Below are positions 29,791 to 40,106 of a stretch of DNA of 64,000 nt, piece after piece. How positions within the stretch are numbered: position 1 is the first letter of the stretch; each line of letters opens with the position of its first letter. The stretch is from an uncultured Planctomycetia bacterium (GTDB taxonomy: Bacteria > Omnitrophota > Gorgyraeia > Duberdicusellales > 4484-171), in NCBI GenBank assembly GCA_964455085.1, contig CAYVYJ010000003.1, positions 7,364 through 71,363 of the forward strand. Reading direction: 5' to 3'. The notes below the pieces were generated by a model that saw only the letters and a list, made by a program, of their open reading frames with translations, was not told the DNA's origin and searched no databases. The translations under genes and the position numbers were made by a program.

Positions 29791-30102
29791 ATGGCGAAGA
29801 AAGAATTTTTTAAGGAAGCTGTGGATCGACTATGGCCCAAGGCCAAGAAAGAATTAGATAAGGGGATGAGGAATGCTAAAAAAATGCTGGCAACAAGTGA
29901 GACTTACCTTAAAAAGCTTTCCGTAAAAGGAGCTGCTGAGACCAAAAAAATATCATTATCCTTAAAACGCGAAAAAGCTTATTACGATTTAGGTAAAGCT
30001 ACTGCCTCAGTCGCCGTAACCAAGTGGAAAACTAGCCGTAAAATCGCTTCGTTGATAAAGGTGATCAAAACTTTAAGTAAAAAAATCGCTAAAATAAAAT
30101 AA
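29791..30102 (+). CDS. Hypothetical Lys-rich helical small protein (103 aa)
   Basis: Strong AGAGGAGGGG RBS; no recognisable domain. Confidence 0.4.
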   Translation: MAKKEFFKEAVDRLWPKAKKELDKGMRNAKKMLATSETYLKKLSVKGAAETKKISLSLKREKAYYDLGKATASVAVTKWKTSRKIASLIKVIKTLSKKIAKIK

Positions 30103-30140
30103 ATAGCTAACAACTGCTAGCCAGAAAGGAGAGACAATCA

Positions 30141-30458
30141 ATGGGGATTGAGGTAAATGCTGCTAATTTCAAACAAGAAGTTATTGATGCTAAAATACCG
30201 GTAATAGTTGATTTCTGGGCTCCCTGGTGTGGACCCTGTAAGGCGATTGTCCCGCATCTGGACGAATTCGCCAGAACTTATAAGGGTAAAGTCCAGATTT
30301 GTAAGTTAAATGTCGACGAGTCTCCAGAAATTGCCACTCAATATGTAGTTATGAGTATTCCCACTGTAATGGTATTTAAAGCCGGGAATGTTATGGAAAA
30401 AAGAGTGGGGGTAATGAATAAAAAGGAACTTGAGAAATTTATCCAACCCTATCTTTGA
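30141..30458 (+). CDS. trxA: Thioredoxin
   Basis: WAPWCGPCK active site. Confidence 0.9.
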   Translation: MGIEVNAANFKQEVIDAKIPVIVDFWAPWCGPCKAIVPHLDEFARTYKGKVQICKLNVDESPEIATQYVVMSIPTVMVFKAGNVMEKRVGVMNKKELEKFIQPYL

Positions 30459-30478
30459 TTTAGACCTGCTATTATAAT

Positions 30479-31003
30479 CTAGCCCTTAACTCCAGTTATC
30501 GCGAAGAAATTAGGGATAAATTTATCGGATTTAGTACCCATTACATCTTCTTTAAATGGTGTAGTTGCGATTAACACACCACCCTGCTTAAGCACACGAT
30601 TGGTCTCCCTTAAAGCTATATTTATGTTTTCACCGCGCATGTGCTCAAATAGTTCGCAAGCGGTAACCAGCTGGAAAAAATTACTTTGGGAAGGAATTTT
30701 AGTAATAGATCCTTTCTTAAGGGTTGCCGACTTAAGTAACTGATCAACCCGTTCTATAGTCCGATTAGCAATATCTACTCCATAGACCTTAAATAAACCG
30801 CTTTTTAGCGCCTTGTTTAGTAAATAGCCGTCGGTTATACCAATATCTAAATAAGGCAAAGATTCGCCTTCGGGGCGATACTTAATCATTTTTGAAAAGA
30901 CAATATCTAATCGCCCGTGCGCCAGACGCCGCTCTTTAAGCGGCCTTCCAGCACCATGTTCATAGAACTTCTCGTCTACCAATTCTTCTTTTAATAGTCG
31001 CAC
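30479..31003 (-). CDS. Class I SAM-dependent methyltransferase
   Basis: LDIGITDGYL (motif I-like), LKQGGVLI (post II/III) Rossmann MTase pattern. Confidence 0.6.
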   Translation of the reverse strand: MRLLKEELVDEKFYEHGAGRPLKERRLAHGRLDIVFSKMIKYRPEGESLPYLDIGITDGYLLNKALKSGLFKVYGVDIANRTIERVDQLLKSATLKKGSITKIPSQSNFFQLVTACELFEHMRGENINIALRETNRVLKQGGVLIATTPFKEDVMGTKSDKFIPNFFAITGVKG

Positions 31004-31248
31004 TTTTTATTATCCTGGTTATTACAAAACTACGGCTTTAAATGACAATATTTCATCGCCAGAGCCACTGTAGGTTGTCTGCCGACACCTTATAGCTTAG
31101 ATTAACAGTATTTTGCTTAAAGTCAATATTCTTTCCAGTAAATGCCCCTAACTCGCTACACTTAAAAGTCCTTCACCATCTGCGGTCGTTTAGGACTACT
31201 TCGGCTACAGTTCGCCTTTGTGGCGGCCTAAGTCTCATTAAAAAAACC

Positions 31249-31277
31249 TTGCTATCCTGCTTATAACTTGTTATAAT
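31249..31277 (+). promoter_or_regulatory. Sigma70 promoter for the tRNA-Met/tRNA-Val pair (TTGCTA-N17-TATAAT)
   Basis: Read directly, ~35 nt upstream of the first tRNA. Confidence 0.5.
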
Positions 31278-31312
31278 TCTTATTACTTTTTAGGGCTGGA
31301 TTGTTTTTTATC

Positions 31313-31386
31313 GGGCCTGTAGCTCAGTTGGTTAGAGCAGTTGACTCATAATCAATTGGTCCGGGGTTCGAATCCCTGCAGGCCCA
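31313..31386 (+). tRNA. tRNA with CAT anticodon (elongator Met or lysidine-modified Ile2; not initiator-like)
   Basis: Cloverleaf GGGCCTG...anticodon loop CTCATAA...T-arm CGGGG-TTCGAAT-CCCTG; lacks the 3 G-C anticodon-stem pairs and 1:72 mismatch of initiators. Confidence 0.85.
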
Positions 31387-31437
31387 TGAGTTTTTATCAC
31401 CTAAGGGGTCTTGGGGATTAAGCTATATTATTTCAGC

Positions 31438-31511
31438 GGGCACATAGCTCAGTTGGTTAGAGCGCTACGCTCACATCGTAGAGGTCGCCCGTTCAATTCG
31501 GGCTGTGCCCA
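31438..31511 (+). tRNA. tRNA-Val (anticodon CAC)
   Basis: Cloverleaf GGGCACA...anticodon loop CTCACAT...T-arm GCCCG-TTCAATT-CGGGC, discriminator A. Confidence 0.85.
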
Positions 31512-31533
31512 TATGAAGATTTGAGCTGATTCT

Positions 31534-32259
31534 ATGAATTTAAAGGATGAAATCAGAAAGCTAGTGGAATTACAAGAAATTGATTCCCGAATATATAAGT
31601 TACAAGAAGAAAAGGACCAAAACTTACCAGCTCAATTGGAGGAAAACCGCAGAGAATTTGAGGAAACATCCAAAAACTTTACCACTGCCGAAGAAAAACT
31701 CAAAAATCTGCAGCTAAGTAAGAAAGATAAGGAGATCGAGCTGGCTTCGAAAGAGGAGGGGCTTAAGAAACTGCAAACCCAACTCTATCAGCTAAAAAGC
31801 AATAAAGAGTACCAAGCCATGCTTACCGAAATTGGATCTGCCAAGGCTGATACATCACTAGCTGAGGAAAATGTATTAATTGTTCTTGAAGCTCTAGAAG
31901 CAGCAAAAAAGGAATGCCTGGCCCAACGAGAAGCTTTGGACCAGGAAAAGAAAAACTTTACTGAAAAAGAAGCTAAACTTACCGGGTTAATCAAAGATGC
32001 TGAGGCTGAAATCTCAAATTTAAGAACCAAGCGTAAAACTCTTGCAGCAAGCGTCGATAAAGAAATCCTCACCCACTATGAACGGCTTTTGGAATCACGA
32101 CAAGGATTGGCCTTGATTCCGGTAAAGGGAAATGATTGTGGCGCCTGTAATATGCGGCTTACCCATCAAAAGATAAATGAAATAAAGATGTTTGAACATT
32201 TGGTATCATGTGATGTCTGTGTGAGACTACTTTACATACCCGAGGATATTAACCAATGA
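31534..32259 (+). CDS. Coiled-coil C4 zinc-ribbon protein (COG1579/DUF164-like)
   Basis: Long coiled coil plus C-terminal CGAC...CDVC zinc ribbon; 3' end overlaps rnhA. Confidence 0.5.
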   Translation: MNLKDEIRKLVELQEIDSRIYKLQEEKDQNLPAQLEENRREFEETSKNFTTAEEKLKNLQLSKKDKEIELASKEEGLKKLQTQLYQLKSNKEYQAMLTEIGSAKADTSLAEENVLIVLEALEAAKKECLAQREALDQEKKNFTEKEAKLTGLIKDAEAEISNLRTKRKTLAASVDKEILTHYERLLESRQGLALIPVKGNDCGACNMRLTHQKINEIKMFEHLVSCDVCVRLLYIPEDINQ

Positions 32260-32651
32260 TTAAAGTCTATACTGACGGAGCATCAATTGGTAACCCCGGC
32301 AAAAGTGGTATTGGTTACCTAATTTACAAAGATAGCCGACTTTTGAAAAAAGAAAGTGTCTACCTGGGCATTCAATCAAACAATTTTGCCGAATATATGG
32401 CTTTAATTTTTTCCCTGGTCGATATTGTTGAATTAGGCGAAAAAAAGATTGAGGTCTTCTCGGACAGTAAACTAGTTTGTGAACAAATTAAAGGTAATTT
32501 TAAGGTAAAAAACAAAAACATTTATCCGCTTTTTGTCTTAGCTAAAAAATTAATTTCAAAATTGGATAGTTTCAAAATCCTTCACATTGATCGCGAGAGA
32601 AACAAAGAAGCCGATGAGTTAGCTAAACGAGCTACCGGCTTTTTAATTTAA
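32256..32651 (+). CDS. rnhA: Ribonuclease HI
   Basis: VYTDGAS...G.GY N-terminus and DRERNKEADELAKRA C-terminal motif. Confidence 0.85.
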   Translation: MIKVYTDGASIGNPGKSGIGYLIYKDSRLLKKESVYLGIQSNNFAEYMALIFSLVDIVELGEKKIEVFSDSKLVCEQIKGNFKVKNKNIYPLFVLAKKLISKLDSFKILHIDRERNKEADELAKRATGFLI

Positions 32652-32676
32652 AATAACCAATAAGCAGGAGGTAGTG

Positions 32677-33432
32677 ATGAGCGGACATTCCAAATGGGCA
32701 AGCATTAAACACAAAAAGGGTGCTGCCGATGCAAAACGGGGACGTCTTTTTACCAAGTTGATTCGGGAAATTACTGTTGCTGCTAAAAATGCTGGTGGCA
32801 ATCCCGACACAAACCCCAGTTTAAGAACTGCTATTGCCCGCGCTACCGATGCCAATATGCCTAAAGATAATATTTCTAAGGCGATTAAGAAAGGTACAGG
32901 TGAGCTTCCGGGAGTAACTTACGAAAGTTGTGCCTTTGAAGGATATGGTCCGGGAGGAGTAGCACTGTTAGTCGAAACCCTGACTGATAACAAAAACCGC
33001 TCCTCAGCAGAAATCCGTAACATTTTTTCCAAGAAAGGGGGAAATATGGCCGGAGCCGGCAGCGTAGCCTGGATTTTCACCTCTAAAGGTTATATTTTAA
33101 TCGATAAGGCACAAATAAGCGAAGATGAGTTATTCTCAATAGCTGTAGATGCCGGCGCAGAAGATATTAAAGCCGGTGATAAAAATTATGAAGTATTTAC
33201 AGGTCCTAAAGATTTTGAGGCAGTTAAAGCAGTAATCGAAGCTAAAAATATTAAATGGGTATCAGCCGAGCTAACTAAGCTACCTAATTCAACTATTAAA
33301 ATTAGCGGCAATGATGCCAAGCAGCTTCTCTCCTTAATTGAAATTTTAGAGGACCACGACGATGTGCAAAAAGTTTATGCTAATTTTGATATCCCGGATG
33401 AAGTATTAGAGGAAATAGCACAAGAAATCTAA
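32677..33432 (+). CDS. yebC: YebC/PmpR-family transcriptional regulator
   Basis: MSGHSKWASIKHKKGAADAKRG N-terminus; AGGAGG RBS. Confidence 0.9.
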   Translation: MSGHSKWASIKHKKGAADAKRGRLFTKLIREITVAAKNAGGNPDTNPSLRTAIARATDANMPKDNISKAIKKGTGELPGVTYESCAFEGYGPGGVALLVETLTDNKNRSSAEIRNIFSKKGGNMAGAGSVAWIFTSKGYILIDKAQISEDELFSIAVDAGAEDIKAGDKNYEVFTGPKDFEAVKAVIEAKNIKWVSAELTKLPNSTIKISGNDAKQLLSLIEILEDHDDVQKVYANFDIPDEVLEEIAQEI

Positions 33433-33433
33433 G

Positions 33434-33931
33434 ATGAAGGTTTTGGGTGTAGACGTTGGTCTCCGGACCTGTGGTTATGTCGTCACCGCAGTAAAAAACC
33501 TGGAAGTAAGTTTAATTAAAGAGGGGCAGATAAAACCTGGTCTGAGCCAAAGTTTTCCTCAAAAACTTAATTGCATCTTTGAAGAATTAGAAAAAGAAAT
33601 TAATCAACATAAACCAAGAGCGATTGTGGTCGAGAAACTTTATTCCCACTATCGTCATCCGACAACTCTGGGAATCCTAGCCCAGGTAAGAGGCGTAGTG
33701 GTTCTTCTAGCACATCAAAAGGGGTTAGGTTTTTTTGAATATTCACCGACTCGGGCCCGAAAATCTTTTTTAGGCCGGGGTAATGTGAATTCCACTCAGG
33801 TAAAGAAGATGGCCGAGAAGGTAACCGGAAAAAAGTTTAAATCCCTGCATACTGCAGATGCTTTTTCATTAGTGGTTGCTTTTTCTCACGCCCAAAAGTT
33901 AAACCAGCTGCTAGAGGAGCGCTGTCGATGA
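33434..33931 (+). CDS. ruvC: Holliday junction resolvase RuvC
   Basis: MKVLGVDVGLRTCGYVV N-terminus. Confidence 0.85.
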   Translation: MKVLGVDVGLRTCGYVVTAVKNLEVSLIKEGQIKPGLSQSFPQKLNCIFEELEKEINQHKPRAIVVEKLYSHYRHPTTLGILAQVRGVVVLLAHQKGLGFFEYSPTRARKSFLGRGNVNSTQVKKMAEKVTGKKFKSLHTADAFSLVVAFSHAQKLNQLLEERCR

Positions 33932-34536
33932 TTTACCAGATTAAAGGAATATTAACTAAAAAGGAAGAAAACCGGGTAGTAGTTAACGTAGATGGTATTT
34001 TTTATGAGATAAGTGTGCCACGGACTGTCTCATCTCGGCTAGGTCATGAGACCAGGGAAATAACACTAGTTATCTACCACTACTTCAAAATCGATAAAAA
34101 TAAAGGTTTACCGGTAATGGTTGGCTTTATTGAAGAGTTAGAAAGAGATTTCTTTGAAAAGTTTATCACTGTCTCAGGGGTTGGGCCAACAGCGGCTTTA
34201 CGGGCTTTTGATAGGCCGGTAGCGAGAATCGCCCAGGCCATTGAAGAAAACGATAGTTCGTTCCTGGAAAGTTTGACCGGTATTGGAAAACAGCGGGCAA
34301 AGCAGATTATCGCCCACCTTCAAGGTAAGGTAGGCCGGTTTGCTCTAATTAAGGAGGGACAGCCTTTAAAAGAACCTCAAAGCAAAGCGATTATCGCCGA
34401 AGCAAAGGAAATCTTAAAACGCCTGCAATACAAAAGCAGTGAAGCCGATAGCATGATTAAGAAGGCATTGGAGCAGGCACCGGGAATTGATAGCAGTGAA
34501 GAACTGCTTAATGAGATTTATCGGCAACGAAAATAA
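33928..34536 (+). CDS. ruvA: Holliday junction branch-migration protein RuvA
   Basis: MIYQIKG...OB-fold N-terminus, HhH region GVGPTAAL. Confidence 0.85.
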   Translation: MIYQIKGILTKKEENRVVVNVDGIFYEISVPRTVSSRLGHETREITLVIYHYFKIDKNKGLPVMVGFIEELERDFFEKFITVSGVGPTAALRAFDRPVARIAQAIEENDSSFLESLTGIGKQRAKQIIAHLQGKVGRFALIKEGQPLKEPQSKAIIAEAKEILKRLQYKSSEADSMIKKALEQAPGIDSSEELLNEIYRQRK

Positions 34537-34551
34537 GGATTTATCTAAACA

Positions 34552-35163
34552 ATGAACAATCAAAAGGTAAAATCAATTCTGGAAGCATTATTGTTTATCA
34601 ATGAACGGCCGATTGACGTAAACGAACTTACCCAAGTCTTAGAGACTTCTCGTAAAGAAACTGTGGCAATGCTTGAGAAGCTTTCCCTTGAATATCGACA
34701 ACGTTCTTCAGGTATTTGCATTGTTAAGGTCGCCGGCGGTTACCAAATGTGTTCGGCACCCGATAATGAAACTTGGGTTAAAAAGATGTATCAAGAGAGA
34801 ACTAAACAAAAACTCTCAACTGCGGCTTTAGAAACCTTAGCTGTGATTGCCTATAAGCAGCCGGTTACCCGGATTGAAATCGAAGCTATCCGGGGAGTTA
34901 ATGTAGACGGAATGGTGAGAAAATTGAACGAACTGGGATTAATAAAGATTGCCGGACGAAAAGATGTTGTTGGTAAACCTTTTCTTTATATTACTACGCG
35001 AAAATTTTTAGAGTATTTTGGCATTAATGCTTTAAGTGATTTGCCTAAACTGGAAGAATTCACAGCTTTAGCCGGGAAAAATCAACTGGGCGCTGAGACT
35101 GAAGCCGGCCCAGTTAAGGAAGAGGTTGAGCAAACTGCACAACCTCAAAGCGAATTAGGGTAG
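34552..35163 (+). CDS. scpB: Segregation and condensation protein B
   Basis: ILEALLFINERPIDVNEL...winged-helix repeats. Confidence 0.85.
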   Translation: MNNQKVKSILEALLFINERPIDVNELTQVLETSRKETVAMLEKLSLEYRQRSSGICIVKVAGGYQMCSAPDNETWVKKMYQERTKQKLSTAALETLAVIAYKQPVTRIEIEAIRGVNVDGMVRKLNELGLIKIAGRKDVVGKPFLYITTRKFLEYFGINALSDLPKLEEFTALAGKNQLGAETEAGPVKEEVEQTAQPQSELG

Positions 35164-35187
35164 ATGAGACTGGCTTCATTCGATAGA

Positions 35188-35216
35188 TTGAAACAATTAT
35201 GGTAGGATCAGATAAT
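35188..35216 (+). promoter_or_regulatory. Putative sigma70 promoter of metK (TTGAAA-N17-GATAAT)
   Basis: Read directly; no SAM-riboswitch-like structure in the ~100-nt leader. Confidence 0.4.
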
Positions 35217-35266
35217 AATTAAGAAAATCGTTAGAAATACTTAAAAAACTACAGGAGGGTTAAGAG

Positions 35267-36403
35267 ATGAAAACTTATTTTGCATCAGAGTCAGTAACCG
35301 AAGGGCATCCCGATAAGGTTTGTGACCAAATATCCGATGCGGTATTGGATGCTGTTTTAGCTAATGACACTAAGGGACGGGTAGCTTGTGAAGCCTTAGT
35401 TACTCGTGGTTTTGTAATGGTGGCCGGTGAAATTACTACCAACTGTTATGTAGCGGTCCCAAAAATTGTCCGCGGCCTATTAAAAGATATTGGATATGAT
35501 GACCCGGCAGTAGGGTTTGACTATGAAAGCTGCGGTGTGGCTACCGCAATTCAAGAGCAATCTCCGGATATTGCCCTGGGTGTAGATACCGGCGGTGCTG
35601 GTGATCAAGGATTAATGTTTGGCTATGCAAATTCAGAGACCCCGGAACTTATGCCTTTACCGATTATCTTATCCCATAAATTAGTCAAACGTTTAGCCCA
35701 AATCCGTAAGGAAGGGATAACTCCTTATTTGCGGCCGGACGGAAAAGCGCAAGTGTCTGTAGAGTATGAAAATGGGGTACCCAAACGCGTGGATGCGGTA
35801 ATTATCGGCGCTCACCACACCAAGGATGCTAAAATGGATGTTTTAAAGGATGATGTTAGAAAACTGGTAATCGAACATATCATCCCCAAAGATATGCTGG
35901 ATAAAGATACAAAATATTTTATCAACGGAACCGGGCGATTTGAGGTTGGTGGGCCGGTTTCCGATACCGGTGTAACCGGACGGAAAATTATCGTTGATAC
36001 CTACGGTGGTTATGCCCGTCACGGTGGTGGCGCCTTTAGTGGTAAGGACCCTTCAAAGGTCGATCGTTCAGCATCCTATATGGCCCGCTACATTGCCAAG
36101 AACATTGTTAGCGCTGGTATTGCTCGCGCCTGTGAAATACAACTATCTTATTGTATTGGCATAGCTGAACCGGTATCAGTAAGCGTAGATACTTTCGGAA
36201 CATCTCAGATAGCTGACGAAAAAATCTCTACGGCTATCCGCCAAATCTTTAAGCTTACTCCAGCCGGAATTATTGAGGAGTTAAACCTCTTACGGCCGAT
36301 TTATACAAAAACCGCTGCTTACGGTCACTTTGGACGGGAAGAAGAAGGTTTTAGCTGGGAGAAGACTGACCGGGTAAGCGATTTAAAGAATGCTCTAAAA
36401 TAA
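35267..36403 (+). CDS. metK: S-adenosylmethionine synthetase
   Basis: [25 protein letters not shown] and GGGAFSGKD motifs. Confidence 0.95.
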   Translation: MKTYFASESVTEGHPDKVCDQISDAVLDAVLANDTKGRVACEALVTRGFVMVAGEITTNCYVAVPKIVRGLLKDIGYDDPAVGFDYESCGVATAIQEQSPDIALGVDTGGAGDQGLMFGYANSETPELMPLPIILSHKLVKRLAQIRKEGITPYLRPDGKAQVSVEYENGVPKRVDAVIIGAHHTKDAKMDVLKDDVRKLVIEHIIPKDMLDKDTKYFINGTGRFEVGGPVSDTGVTGRKIIVDTYGGYARHGGGAFSGKDPSKVDRSASYMARYIAKNIVSAGIARACEIQLSYCIGIAEPVSVSVDTFGTSQIADEKISTAIRQIFKLTPAGIIEELNLLRPIYTKTAAYGHFGREEEGFSWEKTDRVSDLKNALK

Positions 36404-36430
36404 GAAAATCTTAACCAAAGGAGTAGAGAG

Positions 36431-37693
36431 GTGAATTGCGATATAAAAAATAAAAACCTAAAACGAGAAGGTAAACGGAGAATCGAATGGGCCCTGATGC
36501 GAATGCCAGTACTGGAACAAATCCGGGAACGCTTTAGACGGGAAAAACCCTTAAAAGGGTTGACTATCGGAGCCTGTCTGCACGTTACTACCGAAACGGC
36601 AGCCTTAGCCTTAACTTTAAAAGCAGCCGGCGCCCGCACCTTGCTTTGTGCCTCAAATCCTTTATCGACTCAGGATGATACAGCTGCATCTTTAGCCTTT
36701 GATTATGATATTGAAGTATTTGCAATTAATGCCGAAGATACTAAAACTTACTATAAACATATTGATTCGGTATTGAAACTTAACCCGGTTATCACTCTTG
36801 ATGACGGAGCGGATTTAGTATCTACGATTCACAAACGGGCTGCTTCGCAAAAAAACCTAAAGCTACCCTGGGCAAGCACTGAAGAGACGACTACTGGTGT
36901 AATTCGCCTCAAAGCTTTGCAAAAGGAAGGCCGGCTTCTTTATCCGATTATTGCCGTAAATGATGCTTATACCAAACACCTCTTTGATAACCGCTACGGC
37001 ACTGGTCAATCAACCCTTGATGGAGTAATCCGGGCTACCAATAAATTGATAGCCGGGACAACCGTAGTTATCTGCGGTTATGGCTGGTGTGGCAAGGGTG
37101 CAGCCAGAAAAGCTCAAGGATTAGGCGCAAATGTAATTGTCTGTGAGGTTGACCATCTTAAAGGGTTGGAAGCCATAATGGATGGTTTCCGGGTAATACC
37201 GATGCGCCAAGCAGCCTTAATCGGCGATATCTTTATCACCCTTACCGGAGATATAAATGTTATCTCTAGTCAGCACTTCCCCTTATTAAAAAATAAATCA
37301 ATTATCTGTAATTCCGGGCATTTTGATGTTGAAATCAACATTAAGGCATTGGAGAAAATGACAGTTTCTAAAAAGGAAGTTAAACCTTTGGTCACCGAAT
37401 ATACACTTAAAAATAAAAGGAAGATTTATTTATTAGGCGAAGGCCGATTAGTTAACTTAGCCTGTGCCGAAGGCCATCCGGCTGAAGTCATGGATCTAAG
37501 TTTTGCCAATCAAGCTTTAAGTTGTGAGTATATTGCTAAGAATCATCAGAAGTTGAAGAAACAAGTCTATAAAGTCCCGGATAAAATCGATGCTATGGTA
37601 GCAAAGTTTAAACTCAAAGCTATGGGCATAAAAATCGATACCTTAACTGCTGAGCAGAGGAAGTATCTTGCCAGCTGGCAAGAAGGAACCTAA
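36431..37693 (+). CDS. ahcY: Adenosylhomocysteinase (GTG start)
   Basis: SAHH pattern: N-terminal substrate domain, NAD domain GYGWCGKG. Confidence 0.9.
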   Translation: MNCDIKNKNLKREGKRRIEWALMRMPVLEQIRERFRREKPLKGLTIGACLHVTTETAALALTLKAAGARTLLCASNPLSTQDDTAASLAFDYDIEVFAINAEDTKTYYKHIDSVLKLNPVITLDDGADLVSTIHKRAASQKNLKLPWASTEETTTGVIRLKALQKEGRLLYPIIAVNDAYTKHLFDNRYGTGQSTLDGVIRATNKLIAGTTVVICGYGWCGKGAARKAQGLGANVIVCEVDHLKGLEAIMDGFRVIPMRQAALIGDIFITLTGDINVISSQHFPLLKNKSIICNSGHFDVEINIKALEKMTVSKKEVKPLVTEYTLKNKRKIYLLGEGRLVNLACAEGHPAEVMDLSFANQALSCEYIAKNHQKLKKQVYKVPDKIDAMVAKFKLKAMGIKIDTLTAEQRKYLASWQEGT

Positions 37694-37698
37694 GGTCA

Positions 37699-38652
37699 AT
37701 GAAGCGAATCGGAGTCTTAACTCGTGACTGTGCCGGAATAAATGCGGCAATTCGAGCCCTGGTGCGCAGCGCCTCGGTTTATAATCTTGAGGTCTACGGC
37801 ATCTTTCGCGGTTACCAAGGACTTATCGAAGGTGATTTACAGCTCCTAACCCGGCGTTCGGTCTCAGGAATTATTAATCTCGGCGGAACTATTTTAAAAA
37901 CCGCTCGCTCAAAGCGGTTCCTGACCCCCACTGGACAGCGTCAGGCAGTTAAAACTCTCCGTACTAATAATATTGACGGATTGATTGTTATCGGCGGCAA
38001 TGGTTCCTTAACTGGAGCTCATATTTTAGCCAGTAAATATTCTCTGCCGGTTATCGGTATTCCGGCAACAATTGACAATGACCTTAATGGTGTTGAGATG
38101 AGTATCGGTGCAGATACGGCAATCAATGTAGCTTTGGATGCTTTAGATAAAGTAAGAGACACTGCTACGTCTCTGGAACGGATATTCATAGTTGAAGTTA
38201 TGGGACGCGACTGCGGTTATATTGCTTCCCGGGTCGCCTTAGCCGGTGGTTGTGAAGAAGTCTTACTGCCAGAAAGAAGTTTTAATATTAAGAAAATTTG
38301 TGAAGAAATAGTCGAAGGAAATATCCGTGGAAAAGTCAGCTGGATAATTATTGTTGCCGAAGGAAAGGCAAAGGCAGCCGAGATTGCCAAAAAAATTAAT
38401 AAAATTACCGGTCTGGAAACCCGCGAGGTAGTCTTGGGCCACATTCAGCGCGGAGGCCGGCCTACAGCTTTTGACCGCATCCTGGCAGCCCGTTATGCCA
38501 ATCATGCCCTAGAGGTTTTAAAGAAAGGAGCAAGCAATAAGTGCATCACCCTAAAGGGAGGAAAACTAACAACCATAGCGTTAGCTAAAGCAATCCGACC
38601 TAAAGATATGGAAGTAAATAGCTACTATAAATTGGTTAAAATTCTTACCTAA
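37699..38652 (+). CDS. pfkA: ATP-dependent 6-phosphofructokinase
   Basis: IGVLTRDCAGINAAIRA, IGGNGSL, PATIDNDL, MGRDCGY motifs. Confidence 0.85.
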   Translation: MKRIGVLTRDCAGINAAIRALVRSASVYNLEVYGIFRGYQGLIEGDLQLLTRRSVSGIINLGGTILKTARSKRFLTPTGQRQAVKTLRTNNIDGLIVIGGNGSLTGAHILASKYSLPVIGIPATIDNDLNGVEMSIGADTAINVALDALDKVRDTATSLERIFIVEVMGRDCGYIASRVALAGGCEEVLLPERSFNIKKICEEIVEGNIRGKVSWIIIVAEGKAKAAEIAKKINKITGLETREVVLGHIQRGGRPTAFDRILAARYANHALEVLKKGASNKCITLKGGKLTTIALAKAIRPKDMEVNSYYKLVKILT

Positions 38653-38673
38653 AATATTACCGGGAGGGATAAA

Positions 38674-40077
38674 ATGATCTACAAAACTGAAAGCGAAATT
38701 TTAAATAATCCGATCTTCGAAGAAAGGGCCGGTGAAATTGTAATCAAAGACCAGGCTGCTTTTGTCGAAACAGCTATTGATAACCTGCTGGATACAATAA
38801 TCTTGAGTCCCGATGCCCACTTGCGTCGACTTTGTTACTGGGTCAGTCACAGCTGCGCTCAAACTAAAGGAGTAATTCTTTCCTCAATCCAAGGCCTATA
38901 TAAAGCCATGGGAAAAGGTAGAGTAAGCGGCTTTACCGTTCCGGCAATGAACATCAGAACACTTACTTTTGACTTAGCCTGCGGAATATTCCGCGCGGCA
39001 AGCAAGATAAATGCCGGAGCATTTATCTTCGAAATTGCTAAGAGTGAGATCGGTTATACCGCACAAAGACCCATAGAATACAGCACAATTATCCTTTTAG
39101 CCGCAATGAAGGAAGGCTATCAGGGTCCGGTTTTTATTCAAGGCGACCACTTCCAGGTTAAGGCCACAAACTACTTAAAAGACAAAGACAGCGAGATTGA
39201 TCCGCTCAAAAATCTGATTAAAGAAGCTATTGAGTCCGGCTTTTATAATATTGACATTGACTCATCCACCCTGGTTGACTTATCAAAAGAAACTCTTAAT
39301 GAACAACAAAGACTTAATTATGAAGTCTGTGCATTGTTTACAAAATACATCCGGGGATTGCAACCGGAGGACATCGAGATATCAATCGGTGGAGAAATCG
39401 GTGAAGTCGGCGGGAAAAATTCACGTCCTGAGGAACTGGACGCATTTATGGATGGGTATAAAAAGGCTATCGGCACCTTGGAAAGTATCTCTAAGATAAG
39501 TATTCAAACCGGGACCAGTCACGGTGGTGTAGTTCTCCCGGACGGTACTATTGCCAAAGTCAGTATTGATTTTGATACCTTAACTAATCTTTCCAAACTT
39601 GCCCGCGTTAACTACGGTTTAAGTGGTGCGGTCCAACACGGAGCCTCAACCTTGCCTAGCGAAGCTTTCCATCGTTTTCCGGAGGTGGGTTGTGCTGAAA
39701 TCCACTTAGCAACTCAATTTCAAAATATAGTCTACGATTATCTGCCGATTCCCTTGAAGGAGAAAATTTATAGTTGGCTGCACAAAGAGTGTGCCGGAGA
39801 AATGAAGAAAGACTGGACTGAGGACCAATTCATTTATAAGACCCGGAAAAAAGCCCTGGGGCCGTTTAAGAAAGAAATTCATTCCCTTTCCCAAGACGTC
39901 CGGTCAAAAATATCAAAAGTCTTGGAAGAGGAGTTTTCCTTTCTCTTTGACAAACTAAATATAAAAAACAGCAAAGATTTCCTGAATAAATATGTTACAG
40001 TTGTAAAGGTAACTAAACCTAAGGAAGATTTTCTAAAAGAAAAAAAGGACCTCGGAGTGTTGGAAGGGGCGGATTAG
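38674..40077 (+). CDS. fba: Class II fructose/ketose-bisphosphate aldolase family protein (unusually long, 467 aa)
   Basis: Class II FBA blocks: QGDHF (Zn His), [33 protein letters not shown]; follows pfkA. Confidence 0.6.
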   Translation: MIYKTESEILNNPIFEERAGEIVIKDQAAFVETAIDNLLDTIILSPDAHLRRLCYWVSHSCAQTKGVILSSIQGLYKAMGKGRVSGFTVPAMNIRTLTFDLACGIFRAASKINAGAFIFEIAKSEIGYTAQRPIEYSTIILLAAMKEGYQGPVFIQGDHFQVKATNYLKDKDSEIDPLKNLIKEAIESGFYNIDIDSSTLVDLSKETLNEQQRLNYEVCALFTKYIRGLQPEDIEISIGGEIGEVGGKNSRPEELDAFMDGYKKAIGTLESISKISIQTGTSHGGVVLPDGTIAKVSIDFDTLTNLSKLARVNYGLSGAVQHGASTLPSEAFHRFPEVGCAEIHLATQFQNIVYDYLPIPLKEKIYSWLHKECAGEMKKDWTEDQFIYKTRKKALGPFKKEIHSLSQDVRSKISKVLEEEFSFLFDKLNIKNSKDFLNKYVTVVKVTKPKEDFLKEKKDLGVLEGAD

Positions 40078-40106
40078 ACCCCTCGGGAATACTCGGGGTT
40101 TAATTC

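Noticed and set aside
29734-31312. Integrated element at the ssrA 3' end
   Set aside because: There is no integrase and no direct repeat of the tmRNA 3' terminus. The genes present (trxA, a methyltransferase, tRNAs) are ordinary. Only a small Lys-rich ORF and a long spacer stand out.
31313-31386. Initiator tRNA-fMet
   Set aside because: The anticodon stem lacks the three consecutive G-C pairs and position 1:72 is a normal G-C pair. An elongator or Ile2 type is more likely.
35164-35266. SAM riboswitch upstream of metK
   Set aside because: The leader is only about 100 nt. It holds a sigma70 promoter and an RBS, with no SAM-I or SAM-II-like conserved stems visible.
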